A stretch of DNA of 64,000 bases from Pseudomonadota bacterium (GCA_963204825.1 CAUJHN010000153.1:8163-72162); one strand, 5' to 3'. Positions 1 to 9,082 are shown, numbered from the stretch's first letter. A program made the numbers and translations. Notes: generated from the sequence alone by a model not told the origin.

Positions 1-552
1 CGATGTATGCGTATCGCTGCCTTCCCCGACGGACAGGGCGGGAATCATCACGAGCGCCAGAACCATGGCGAGGTCTTCGACGATCAGCCAGCCGATGGCG
101 ATTTGCCCATTCGTGGATTCAATCAGAGAGTGGTCTTCTAGCGAACGAAGCATGACGACGGTGCTGGCCACGGATAAGGAAAGGCCAAATAATATGCCGC
201 TTGCCAACGACCATCCCCAGCAATGGGCCAGCAGAACACCCATCGCCGTTGCCGCCGCCATTTGCGCAAGCGCGCCCGGAATAGCAATGCGCTTTACTTC
301 CATAAGATCTTTCATGGAAAAATGCAGGCCCACGCCAAACATCAAAAGAACAATGCCTATTTCCGACAATTCGTTTGCGATGCCTATGTCCGCCGTATAT
401 CCGGGCGTTACCGGCCCTATAAGAATGCCCGCGACCAAATAACCGACAATAGGCGGTATGCGCAGTTTTACAGCGATCAAGCCAAGCAGAAAGGCCGCCG
501 AAAGGCCGACGGCAATAGTCGTTACGAGGGGAAGACTCTCATGAATAGCCAT
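1..552 (-). CDS. CPA2-family cation:proton antiporter (YbaL/KefB-like), first 184 codons; gene continues past the window start
   Basis: Absent from the ORF track because it runs off the window. Hand translation of the minus strand from ATG at 552-550 gives MAIHESLPLVTTIAVGLSAAFLLGLIAVKLRIPPIVGYLVAGILIGPVTPGYTADIGIANELSEIGIVLLMFGVGLHFSMKDLMEVKRIAIPGALAQ...GQIAIGWLIVEDLAMV. This is collinear with the N-terminus of E. coli YbaL-type exchangers. The frame stays open to position 1. Confidence 0.85.
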   Translation of the reverse strand, partial: MAIHESLPLVTTIAVGLSAAFLLGLIAVKLRIPPIVGYLVAGILIGPVTPGYTADIGIANELSEIGIVLLMFGVGLHFSMKDLMEVKRIAIPGALAQMAAATAMGVLLAHCWGWSLASGILFGLSLSVASTVVMLRSLEDHSLIESTNGQIAIGWLIVEDLAMVLALVMIPALSVGEGSDTHTS

Positions 553-615
553 ATCGACCCTTTTTACATGCTCTATCTTTCAGGATAAAACAAACAGGCC
601 CGCGCTCCAAGAATA

Positions 616-2628
616 TTACCTTTTGAATATTCCCGCACCCATAATGTCGATTGTGCCGCTTGATGTGCCCGATGACGAATCCCCCTGCATTTCATATCGC
701 CATTCCAAAGACATAGAGCTTCCTGACGATATGGTTAAATCCGGAGTAACCAAATAATACTGACCTGGTATCAAGTATTGCTCGCCTATGAAATTCGTGT
801 CCGTCTGGTTTTCCATGCCCGAAACGGTAGCCAGCGTTGGAACGCCGGTTCCCGTCAAGCGAAGTTCAAGCGCATTGCGATATATTTTCGCCGGTGTGCC
901 TGAAACTTCTACCAATGCTACGCCGTATACCGTATCACCCACCGCAAATCCGGCGCTGACCGTTTGAGACAACCGCATCGTATCCGATGACGTGCCGCCC
1001 GACAGCCCCATAACCAAACGTTGAGACCCGTTCGCGTTTTTCGACCCGGTGCGCCCGCCGGTGCCGCCACTGCCGGAAAACGCATAGCCGGTGGCAACAG
1101 AACCGCTGGCATTGCTTCCAACCGTGCCGCCGGTTCCGGCCAACGAACCGTTCGTCAAAAGGTTCCCCGCCGAAAAATCAATTGCAGAAGAGTCATAATA
1201 TGGATTTAAGCTGGCCTGCAGCCGCTGCCCGCACAGCATGGCCCCGTAAGGCGTCGGATGAAGACCGTCACTGGTAGAGTTGGCAATCGGTTCCCCCGTG
1301 CCGTCATCCATATCCGAAAACAGGTCGACTGAGATGACTTTGCCGCGCCGGGAGGCATGCTGGTTCATAATCCAGGCGTTTACATTCGCCGCACGGGCCT
1401 GTTTTCCCGAAACATCGCCGCTTTGCGTACGCGGAAGCATGGTCATAAGAACCATTCTTTTGCCAAGCGTCATCGTAACGTAATTTATAATCCTGGAGAT
1501 ATTTTCCACGATATCGCTTTCAGGATCGTCATTACCGATATCGTTGGTTCCCCCCATGAAAAAGCAGGTGTCGAATGTCAGGCCGGATAAATCCGTTTCC
1601 ATACGGGATACCATCTGCCCCGTGCGCTCGCCCGATATGCCCTTGTTGTTGGCGGTGGGTAATTCCATCCGCAATCCCGAAAGCGCGTTATAGTTGGTGA
1701 AGTATCCGTAGGAGTAATAAGAGGCGATGGTAGAAAACGCGGCAGAGTTCTGATTTGAAATTGAATCGCCGAACAAGGCTGCTTTCTGTGCATCACCGAT
1801 CGTTCCAATGGATGGAAGAATGGCATTCGTCATCGGCGCGTCTGATTTATATAAATGGTCCGAGGGCAAGGAAGAGGTAAGGCCGTGTTTATGGGCAAGA
1901 TACCCTTCTATTTCCACACCATAGCGGTCATCTTCGGCGATTATGATTTCGTAGAGCTTGAATGTGCCGGGATAATCGAAAGTTGAACGCGGAACGGCCC
2001 CAAGACAAAAACGATTCAAAGTCAGCGTCGCATCCATATAATGACGCGGCAAGTCATTTACCGTTCCGTTTATATAGGCTGTTAAAACACGATACTCTTC
2101 CGTGATACGGACCAGTTTTTTTGCCCCGCTATGGCTGGTGGCCGCACCTAAAGGCCCGTTTGCTTTAAGCGCGGAGCCACCGTCGCTGACGATAAACGGC
2201 GTGATTTTTCCATTATCCCCGCCAGCCCCTGTCATAAACGGCGCAAAGGCCGTAATGGCGCTGCCGGAATTTCCTTCGGCAACGACGGCGGCGTAGTTCG
2301 AAGCGGTGCCGTCAATGACCGCGTAAATCGCATAACCGGAAGAAGCGTGCAGAAACGGTGAAGTGTTATACAAGTAATCTCCGCCATCGAAGGAAACGTA
2401 GTGATCCGTTCCGTTATAGGTGGGCTTTAACGTTCCTGATCCGCCTTGCGAGACATGGCGCGCATTTCCGCTTTTGTCATTCCATTGGGACACTGCGTTT
2501 GTGGCATGGGTGATGCTGGAAGAATCCGATGCATCCAGCCACAGTTGTAAATTCGGCAAGAAAGCCGGCGTAAGCGCCCGCACGGGTTTTCGGCTACGGC
2601 CAAAACCCAACCCTAATCCTAGATGCAT
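616..2628 (-). CDS. Large secreted or surface protein: LamG-like N-domain, SGNH/GDSL hydrolase domain, Gly/Ser/Thr-rich jelly-roll-like C-domain
   Basis: ORF 616..2739. I place the start at Met38 (2628) because a minus-strand terminator hairpin lies within the first 37 codons. SGNH blocks are present: FGDSISNQ, GGTNDIGN, DGLHPT. The N-terminal region (WLDASD..VSQWNDKSGNARH) resembles LamG/concanavalin-type domains. Confidence 0.65.
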   Translation of the reverse strand: MHLGLGLGFGRSRKPVRALTPAFLPNLQLWLDASDSSSITHATNAVSQWNDKSGNARHVSQGGSGTLKPTYNGTDHYVSFDGGDYLYNTSPFLHASSGYAIYAVIDGTASNYAAVVAEGNSGSAITAFAPFMTGAGGDNGKITPFIVSDGGSALKANGPLGAATSHSGAKKLVRITEEYRVLTAYINGTVNDLPRHYMDATLTLNRFCLGAVPRSTFDYPGTFKLYEIIIAEDDRYGVEIEGYLAHKHGLTSSLPSDHLYKSDAPMTNAILPSIGTIGDAQKAALFGDSISNQNSAAFSTIASYYSYGYFTNYNALSGLRMELPTANNKGISGERTGQMVSRMETDLSGLTFDTCFFMGGTNDIGNDDPESDIVENISRIINYVTMTLGKRMVLMTMLPRTQSGDVSGKQARAANVNAWIMNQHASRRGKVISVDLFSDMDDGTGEPIANSTSDGLHPTPYGAMLCGQRLQASLNPYYDSSAIDFSAGNLLTNGSLAGTGGTVGSNASGSVATGYAFSGSGGTGGRTGSKNANGSQRLVMGLSGGTSSDTMRLSQTVSAGFAVGDTVYGVALVEVSGTPAKIYRNALELRLTGTGVPTLATVSGMENQTDTNFIGEQYLIPGQYYLVTPDLTISSGSSMSLEWRYEMQGDSSSGTSSGTIDIMGAGIFKR

Positions 2629-2645
2629 ATGATAGCCTTTCGATA

Positions 2646-2672
2646 ATAAAAAAACCCCGCGGAACGGCGGGG
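2646..2672 (-). terminator. Rho-independent terminator downstream of the 2790..3878 gene
   Basis: The minus strand reads ccccgc-cgttcc-gcgggg followed by a run of 9 T. Confidence 0.7.
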
Positions 2673-2789
2673 CACATAAAAATTCCAATAAAAAAGGACG
2701 CAATGCGCCCTTTGATTTTCTAAAGTTAGCAGAATACATGGCTCAAGGCAAGGATTTTTTTCTTAACTCAAATCCTTGAAATAAAGCAA

Positions 2790-3878
2790 TCATTTTAAGT
2801 GGCAGATTGAAAGCCCGATTCCAAGATTTCCATCCGTATGACCTGCATAGTAAAGATAGAGGTCGTTACCAACCAAAACCGGCGCGGGAGATCTGATTTC
2901 AGCCTGCGCCCACGGGAAATCACCGTAGCTGTGAATTGCGGACTGATCCTGCACCCATCCTGCGATACCGTCACGCGATACGGCATGATGCAGCTTGATT
3001 TGGGTCCATCCTGGAATTTCGCGGGCGACATCCGTAAAGAGATGGACTTCATTGCCAATCTGAATAGGCGCAGGGGTTGAGAAGCCGACAACGCCGGACG
3101 ATCTTGGGTAAACGCTTTGTTCAGGCGCCATCACGGAAACAGGCTGCGTCCATGATTGACCATCCTGAGAAGCCATAAGACCTATCGTTTGCAACGAAGC
3201 GTTCACGTCTTTATTCGCGCCCACTGCAGAAAAGTAGACATAGATCGTATCCGCAGTTGCAAGCGCGCCGGGCTCGGCAACGATGAACTGATTAAAGTCA
3301 AAGTTTGGTTCAGAAGCCTTTGGCGCCGTCGAGGCGGCTATCGGCCCGCCAACACGGGTCCATTGAATGCCGTCCGATGAAACCGCATGGCCGATTTTGT
3401 AGTTAAAGACATCCGTGTGCCCCGTATCATAGCCCGTATAGAACATGTGGTACTGGCCTTTGAACAGGACGACGCTTGGCGTTTCAACACTTTTCTTGTC
3501 CCACCCGGATTCGGAGTGTTTCAGGACAGGCGTTCTCGGCGACAGATCCCATTTAATCCCGTCTTTTGAAACAAGACGGTAGATCGCCACATCATCACCG
3601 TCTTCGGTTCTCGATGAAGCATACATTGTGAATTCCCCGTTCGCATACAGAACGGAAGGGTCATTCCACGCAGAATTCTCAAAATGGGAATCATTTTGGA
3701 AAAGCGGGTTTGACGGAACGGGTTTGAAACAAGAAGGATTGATACCCGCGGCGTTAGGCGTTTCAGGTTTTGATGGAAGAGGAAGCGGCTCGGGCGGCGT
3801 CGCCTCGCAGCCGGAAACGCCTGCCGTCACGAGAAAAACACCTGTTAACATCATGAGTATCTGCAAATGCTTTTTCAT
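2790..3878 (-). CDS. Lipoprotein, five-bladed beta-propeller glycoside hydrolase-like (GH43/GH32/GH130-type fold)
   Basis: Lipobox signal MKKHLQILMMLTGVFLVTAGVSGC. Repeated W/D/E-containing blade motifs (NDPSVLYANGEFTMY, WDKKSVETPSVVLFKGQYHMFYTGY, IGHAVSSDGIQW) are typical of this hydrolase clan. The exact family was not determined. Confidence 0.6.
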   Translation of the reverse strand: MKKHLQILMMLTGVFLVTAGVSGCEATPPEPLPLPSKPETPNAAGINPSCFKPVPSNPLFQNDSHFENSAWNDPSVLYANGEFTMYASSRTEDGDDVAIYRLVSKDGIKWDLSPRTPVLKHSESGWDKKSVETPSVVLFKGQYHMFYTGYDTGHTDVFNYKIGHAVSSDGIQWTRVGGPIAASTAPKASEPNFDFNQFIVAEPGALATADTIYVYFSAVGANKDVNASLQTIGLMASQDGQSWTQPVSVMAPEQSVYPRSSGVVGFSTPAPIQIGNEVHLFTDVAREIPGWTQIKLHHAVSRDGIAGWVQDQSAIHSYGDFPWAQAEIRSPAPVLVGNDLYLYYAGHTDGNLGIGLSICHLK

Positions 3879-3900
3879 GGGGACGCCCTTCTTTTAAAAA

Positions 3901-3977
3901 TGGCGCAACCGATGAGATTCGAACTCATGACCTTTGCCTTCGGAGGGCAACGCTCTATCCAGCTGAGCTACGGCTGC
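3901..3977 (-). tRNA. tRNA-Arg (anticodon CCG)
   Basis: The reverse complement GCAGCCGTAGCTCAGCTGGATAGAGCGTTGCCCTCCGAAGGCAAAGGTCATGAGTTCGAATCTCATCGGTTGCGCCA folds as a cloverleaf. It has a 7-bp acceptor stem, a GCTC/GAGC D stem, a TTGCC/GGCAA anticodon stem with loop CUCCGAA, a TTCGAAT T-loop and an encoded CCA. Confidence 0.95.
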
Positions 3978-4026
3978 TTGTTAAGAATTTTTTGATAACA
4001 GAAGCAACCGCTTAAGTCCAACGCTT

Positions 4027-4953
4027 TCACGCCCGGGTCAATTGGAGGAAGACGTCTTCCAAACGACTTTCTTCGGTGGAGATATCGGCTATGCCATAGC
4101 CGGATTTCTGAATGATATCAATAAGCTGTCCCGCCGCTATTTCCTTGGGGGAGTAACGAACGCGCAATGTACGGCTGTCATCCAGCGTGGCCGCCAAGCC
4201 TTCCATGCCTGCAGGAACGGATACGGCATCCCGATCAAGCAGGAATTTGATTTCCTTGTGGTCCAGCCGTCCGATCAATGCGCGCTTGTCTTCATTCACG
4301 ATGATCTGCCCGTGATTGATGATGGCGATTTTATCGCAGAGTTCTTCGGCTTCCTCGAGATAATGCGTCGTGAGCAATATGGTCATGCCGCGCTCGTTGA
4401 GCATCTTCACGCGCTCCCACAGCATCTGGCGGAGTTCCACGTCAACACCCGCCGTCGGTTCATCAAGCACCAGAATGGGCGGCATATGCACGAGCGCTTT
4501 AGCGAGCAGCAGGCGGCGTTTCATCCCGCCGGAAAGAGAGCGCGTGTAAGCATCCGCTTTATCCGCCAAACCAACGAGTTTGAGAAGATCCATACTGTGC
4601 CGTTCATCCGCCGGCACGCCGTACATGCCCGCCTGGATATCAAGCAGTCTACGCGGCGAAAAAAACGGATCATAATTGATTTCCTGCGGCACGATACCAA
4701 TGGCAGCTTTCGCGCCTTGCGGGTCCGTATCGATATCGCGGTCCCAGATTTTTACCGAGCCGGATGATTTCATCACGAGGCCCGCCATGATGTTGATGAG
4801 CGTCGATTTCCCCGCCCCATTCGGCCCCAACAGGCCAAAGATAGACCCTTTGGGGATGGTCAGGTTTATATCGCGCAGCGCAATCTTCTCCCCCGCCTTG
4901 CCAGAAGCTTTATAGGTTTTGTTAAGATTGGTTATTTCAATGGCGTTGTTCAT
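4027..4953 (-). CDS. ABC transporter ATP-binding protein (ABC-2/DrrA-like, with C-terminal extension)
   Basis: Walker A GPNGAGKST, signature LSGGMKRR, Walker B ILVLDEPTAGVD, H-loop TTHYLEE. Confidence 0.9.
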   Translation of the reverse strand: MNNAIEITNLNKTYKASGKAGEKIALRDINLTIPKGSIFGLLGPNGAGKSTLINIMAGLVMKSSGSVKIWDRDIDTDPQGAKAAIGIVPQEINYDPFFSPRRLLDIQAGMYGVPADERHSMDLLKLVGLADKADAYTRSLSGGMKRRLLLAKALVHMPPILVLDEPTAGVDVELRQMLWERVKMLNERGMTILLTTHYLEEAEELCDKIAIINHGQIIVNEDKRALIGRLDHKEIKFLLDRDAVSVPAGMEGLAATLDDSRTLRVRYSPKEIAAGQLIDIIQKSGYGIADISTEESRLEDVFLQLTRA

Positions 4954-5906
4954 TATGCTCTTTCAAACTTAAAGGTACCTTCGCCGCTTAAATATGTTTC
5001 AAAAGCGCCGCCGGTCAACCACCCTTCCGCCGCTTTATCGCCGCGGAGCTTGAAATCCCAGAAGGCAAGCGCCGCAATTTTAATTATTTCTTCGTGTTTT
5101 TCGCGGTTTGGGTTCTGCCCCAGCTTGCCGCGGGAACCATTATAAACCATATGATCGCCACCGTTCAGGATCATCAGATATTTTTCAGCCTGTGAATTAT
5201 CGTAAACTTCGAGACGTTTTGTATAAGGAAACCCTTCAACAGGCGAAGAATCATCTGTTCCGGTCATGTGAAAAAGCGGGCGTTTGATGCCAGCATAGAC
5301 ATTGTTCGGCAGATCACCCGAAAGATGAAATTCCGGCACGGGGCTGTAAAGGATGCCGCATTTGAAACGCGGATCAGAATAATCCTGCAGGATACCGTTT
5401 TCGTCGGGAAACTGCATGCCCATCATCACCTGCGTCGTCATCGCGCCGAAAGAATGACCAGACATGCCGACATTTTTCAGATCGACGCGGCCCGTAATTT
5501 CTTCAAACTGGAACAGCCATTCTTCGACGTTATCGAGCACAAACGGCACATCTGCAAAGCGCGCGAGCGTCGCCGAGCGCGGCACGTGCGTTTCCCGGAT
5601 GATATCCCACGGGTGGCCGGGTTTGCCTTCCCAGAGCGCAGAGTCAGAACCGTGATGCTGGACATGCAAGACGACATAGCCCTGAGATGTTAGATAGCGC
5701 GAAATGAACGCAGCGCCGTCTGCGCTGCCGCCCAGACCGTGGCTCCAGACAATAAAAGGAATATCTTTCAAGTCGGCAACGGGATAATAAAGCTTCAACG
5801 GAACAATGCGATTCCCGCGTATGGAATCCTTCATCTCCCCGCGAACCATCTTGACGGGATAGGTTTCGCGGTTCGGCGTGATATCATCCCGCCAGAAAAC
5901 AGACAT
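4953..5906 (-). CDS. Alpha/beta hydrolase (dienelactone hydrolase / PAF-acetylhydrolase-like)
   Basis: Nucleophile elbow GMSGHSFG and the overall length and pattern of an alpha/beta hydrolase. Its stop overlaps the ABC start by 1 nt (TAATG). Confidence 0.7.
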   Translation of the reverse strand: MSVFWRDDITPNRETYPVKMVRGEMKDSIRGNRIVPLKLYYPVADLKDIPFIVWSHGLGGSADGAAFISRYLTSQGYVVLHVQHHGSDSALWEGKPGHPWDIIRETHVPRSATLARFADVPFVLDNVEEWLFQFEEITGRVDLKNVGMSGHSFGAMTTQVMMGMQFPDENGILQDYSDPRFKCGILYSPVPEFHLSGDLPNNVYAGIKRPLFHMTGTDDSSPVEGFPYTKRLEVYDNSQAEKYLMILNGGDHMVYNGSRGKLGQNPNREKHEEIIKIAALAFWDFKLRGDKAAEGWLTGGAFETYLSGEGTFKFERA

Positions 5907-5908
5907 GA

Positions 5909-6403
5909 CTATTTCTTCCGGAATTTATCGAGGCTGACAACTTCGCCGGTTTTCTTTTCGCCTTTGTCGTCGGTACCGCCGCCGGATGGCGTATCATCAT
6001 CGCCAGGATCCGGGAAGCTGTCTTCGCCGTCATCACCCATTGGCTGGAACTGCAGCGCGAAGTTGACGGACGGATCAGCAAAAATGGTTATAGCGGAAAG
6101 AGGGATTTCAAGGCGTTCTGGCACGTTGTTAAAAGAGAGCGTCACGCCCATCTTCGTATCGTCAACGCTTAAATCGTAAAATTGATATTGCAGGACGATG
6201 GTCATTTCACCGGGATAACGGTCCCGTAAGTAAGCGGGGATTTTTACGCCCGCATAATCCGTCATGAAAGTAATATAAAAATGGTGATCGCCAGGCAGCT
6301 CTCCACCCTCAATCACTTCTTCAATGGCTTCGCGCACCACGCCTCGCAGGGCGGCTTCCACCATTCTGTCGTAGCGCAGCGTATCTTCGTCGTCGTCTAT
6401 CAT
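5909..6403 (-). CDS. sspB: SspB-family ClpXP adaptor (alphaproteobacterial type)
   Basis: ALRGVVREA..GELPGDHHFYITFMTDYAGVKIPAYLRDRYPGEMTIVLQYQFYDLSV..LSFNNVPERLEIP..FADPSVNFALQF is collinear with Caulobacter SspB. There is an acidic or flexible tail. The start is taken at Met26 of the ORF. Confidence 0.8.
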   Translation of the reverse strand: MIDDDEDTLRYDRMVEAALRGVVREAIEEVIEGGELPGDHHFYITFMTDYAGVKIPAYLRDRYPGEMTIVLQYQFYDLSVDDTKMGVTLSFNNVPERLEIPLSAITIFADPSVNFALQFQPMGDDGEDSFPDPGDDDTPSGGGTDDKGEKKTGEVVSLDKFRKK

Positions 6404-6553
6404 GGTCCTATTGGTCGCAAGATCGGGATGGAAAATCAAGAGGTTCGTTGAAAAGAATGCGGGACAGCCCCGAATCACGCCCTAGAGTCGCATTGCCCTT
6501 TTGTTTTTTCCAGAAGTTTCAATCCCCTGTCCAGCCAGACTGTGGAAAAAACG

Positions 6554-8536
6554 TCAGTAGACCGGCAATTCCGCATCCCCGCCCATAATGGCCTGCGGGA
6601 TGGAGGTATTCTGCCGTTTGGCTGAATAATCGGACCGCTTTTTGAATTCCATTGTGGCCTGCAACACCTGCTGCGCTTTGTCGTAATGACGCGTTTCCAA
6701 ATATAGTTTGGCAAGCTCTCCATAATATAGCTCGGCCGCAGGCGTTGTGTAGGTAAAAGTCTCCCCTGGCTGCAGCACAGAAAGCAGCTCTTCCGCCGTC
6801 TTGCCCTGCTTCTGATAAAGCGCATAAAGCCCCATGCGCGCGCCCAAATGCATCGGATCCAGCCGCAAAGCGGTTTTATAAGATTCTTCGGGCGATTTGG
6901 TATCTTTTGGAATAACAGCCGCATCCACCAGGGTTTGCACAAAACCCAGATAATAATAGGCCGAAGCCGCGCGCGGATTGATGGCCAGCACGGCCTGCAT
7001 ATAGCCCGCAATCTGTTCATATAATTTTGTCTGCTGCTCGACATTCAAAGTGGATTTACGGTCCTGCAGGATGGCGATCGGCACATTCACGGCGAACAAA
7101 TAGACCCGGTAGTTCAAACCCTGCGATATCCTGCCCGCCATGTTAACATGTTCGGCAAATTCGTTCATACGCTGCGCGAATATATCGTCGCGGGCCTTAT
7201 TCACCATGTGCTCCCCCGCCGTAATGCTGAGAAACAGCCAGCTCATCATGATAAAGGGAAGCGCCAGTAACGCGCGGCTGGCTTTTGGCGAAAAACTGTC
7301 CGGCATGGCTACGAGGCGTGAATTCTCGTTCAAAACTTTTCCCGTTTTCAGAAACCATATGGATAAAAGCAGACCCGTCATCATCAAGATGCTCAAGTTG
7401 TAATGATTGAAACTCACATGACTTTGCACAACCATCGCAGTGAGCGCTGCGAAAATGGCGACAATAACAAGACGGTCATTTCCTTCCGCTTTTTTCAATG
7501 CCGCCAAACTGCGCCATGCCGCGGCAATGACAAACGCATAGAACAAAAGCGGCCCCATGAAGCCGAGCTCTACCCAGAACTGCAGCGGATCGTTATGGGC
7601 CAGGAACACACCGTCAATTTCCGTTACGCGCCTGTGTTCTGGATAATATAAAAAGAATGTCCCAATCCCGGTTCCCAGAACGGGATGATCCTTGATGATG
7701 TCGATGGCGGACGACCATATATCAAAGCGATGCATATTAACGCTTTCTTCGACGGCAACCGTCCCCATCAAGCGATTGCCCAAATCATAACGCTTTTGAA
7801 TGCCCGTTTGCATGAGCCCGAAAAAGGCAAGGCCGCAGCCGACCACGATTAAAAACGATTTCCCGTGCGCCTTTACACGCGGCCACAGAAGAATACAAAA
7901 CAACACCAATCCAGGAAGAAACGCAAAAACAGGTCCGCGTGATACCGTTGCCATAATGCCACAGACAAGAAGACAGGCGAGGACGACCGCACATCTATGT
8001 TCACGACGCGATGGACGCCCAGCGGCAATCCATCCCAACGCGCAAAACAGTGCCAACGAAAATAGCGCGCCAAGGGACGACGGGTCAGCCAGAGGATGCC
8101 GCGCCTGACCGTGGAAATAATTGTTCAGAAAGAAAAACTGGAAGATCGCCCAGAATGAAAGTAGCGCGAAAAGCGCAGCCAGCGCATAAGCAATTTTTTT
8201 AAAATAGGAATCGTTCCCAGCCATCAATCCCGCAAAGAACCCCAGCGGCATCACGGAAAAAAAACATACGCCGGTCAAACTGATCGGCTTTATTTCCGAC
8301 CAAAAGGCGCTGAGCACCACCAATATCCAAAATGCGCCTGCAAGCATCAGCACAGGAGAGCGCGAAACAGTCCAACCCGTGCCTATATCACGTGATAACA
8401 TGACATAGGTCCAACCGAACATCAGCATGATGGCGCCTGCAAAAAGCTGCAGCTGCCAGTCATTGACAGGATAAAGCGCACAAACAAATGCGCCGAGCCA
8501 AAGCAGGACGGGAAAAGCAAAGGATTTTGTGTTCAT
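6554..8536 (-). CDS. O-antigen ligase (Wzy_C) family polytopic membrane protein fused to a C-terminal TPR domain
   Basis: About 12 predicted TM segments, with the Wzy_C hallmarks TVSRGPVFAFLPG and AHNDPLQFWVELGFMG. The C-terminal 200 aa or so carries TPR-like repeats (AYYYLGFVQ.., ALRLDPMHLGARMGLYALYQKQGK). Confidence 0.8.
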   Translation of the reverse strand: MNTKSFAFPVLLWLGAFVCALYPVNDWQLQLFAGAIMLMFGWTYVMLSRDIGTGWTVSRSPVLMLAGAFWILVVLSAFWSEIKPISLTGVCFFSVMPLGFFAGLMAGNDSYFKKIAYALAALFALLSFWAIFQFFFLNNYFHGQARHPLADPSSLGALFSLALFCALGWIAAGRPSRREHRCAVVLACLLVCGIMATVSRGPVFAFLPGLVLFCILLWPRVKAHGKSFLIVVGCGLAFFGLMQTGIQKRYDLGNRLMGTVAVEESVNMHRFDIWSSAIDIIKDHPVLGTGIGTFFLYYPEHRRVTEIDGVFLAHNDPLQFWVELGFMGPLLFYAFVIAAAWRSLAALKKAEGNDRLVIVAIFAALTAMVVQSHVSFNHYNLSILMMTGLLLSIWFLKTGKVLNENSRLVAMPDSFSPKASRALLALPFIMMSWLFLSITAGEHMVNKARDDIFAQRMNEFAEHVNMAGRISQGLNYRVYLFAVNVPIAILQDRKSTLNVEQQTKLYEQIAGYMQAVLAINPRAASAYYYLGFVQTLVDAAVIPKDTKSPEESYKTALRLDPMHLGARMGLYALYQKQGKTAEELLSVLQPGETFTYTTPAAELYYGELAKLYLETRHYDKAQQVLQATMEFKKRSDYSAKRQNTSIPQAIMGGDAELPVY

Positions 8537-8575
8537 GAAGGCGACTGTTCCACGGCGCTTGCGCCTGCGTCAATT

Positions 8576-8610
8576 CCCAAAGAAAATGCCTGCACAATAT
8601 ATGCAGGCAT
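8576..8610 (-). terminator. Putative Rho-independent terminator
   Basis: Perfect 9-bp inverted repeat atgcctgca/tgcaggcat (8586-8610). On the minus strand it is followed by tttcttt. Confidence 0.5.
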
Positions 8611-8707
8611 AAAAATGGCCGGTATTCTGTTGCGAGGAACCGGCCGAACCCCACCTACAGTTGTCTAGACCGTAGGAATTGATTTGTAGCTACTGACTAA
8701 AGTGCGA

Positions 8708-9082
8708 TTAAGCAGCTTTAGCGAAAGCAACCTCACGGTTGTTGTCATTCGCTACGACGAAGTTATCGTTGGCATTTATATTGCCTGACCCTTCGGGATA
8801 AACCCCGGCGGTATCATTCCGAACGCCGCAAAATACCTTTATCGCGCGTGTCGATCCTGTTTCAGGCCCGCCGGATTTCGCGCATAAAGTGCGAAAACTG
8901 GTGGACCTGCCGGGCACTGCCCCCGGGTCCACGACGCTTATTCCGTATCCACGTTTAGCGTCATAACGGATTGCTCCGTACGTTCTAATATAAGGGAAAA
9001 GGGTTAAAATTTCAAGGAGTAGAAGGGACCACAAACGGGTTAGCAGCAACGTAATCCTCCATATAGTTAATAACCCCTTCAT
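8708..9082 (-). CDS. Hypothetical protein; start undetermined
   Basis: This minus frame stays open for about 100 codons beyond the stop of the upstream gene, and a terminator follows. There is no ATG, GTG or TTG near the 5' end of the non-overlapping part. The nearest ATG (9082) would overlap the upstream gene by 71 nt and gives a hydrophobic N-terminus. Confidence 0.3.
   Translation of the reverse strand: MKGLLTIWRITLLLTRLWSLLLLEILTLFPYIRTYGAIRYDAKRGYGISVVDPGAVPGRSTSFRTLCAKSGGPETGSTRAIKVFCGVRNDTAGVYPEGSGNINANDNFVVANDNNREVAFAKAA

Noticed and set aside
4042-4767. 241-aa plus-strand ORF; similar large antisense ORFs at 12047..12760, 56592..57308, 21562..22122 and 18930..19535
   Set aside because: All lie opposite well-supported genes (ABC ATPase, apbC, dnaA, ilvC, ilvB) and lack any recognisable motifs.
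6475-7044. 189-aa minus-strand ORF overlapping the 3' part of the O-antigen-ligase/TPR gene
   Set aside because: It is an alternative frame of a gene with clear TPR repeats. The translation is Arg/Trp/Cys-rich and implausible as a protein.
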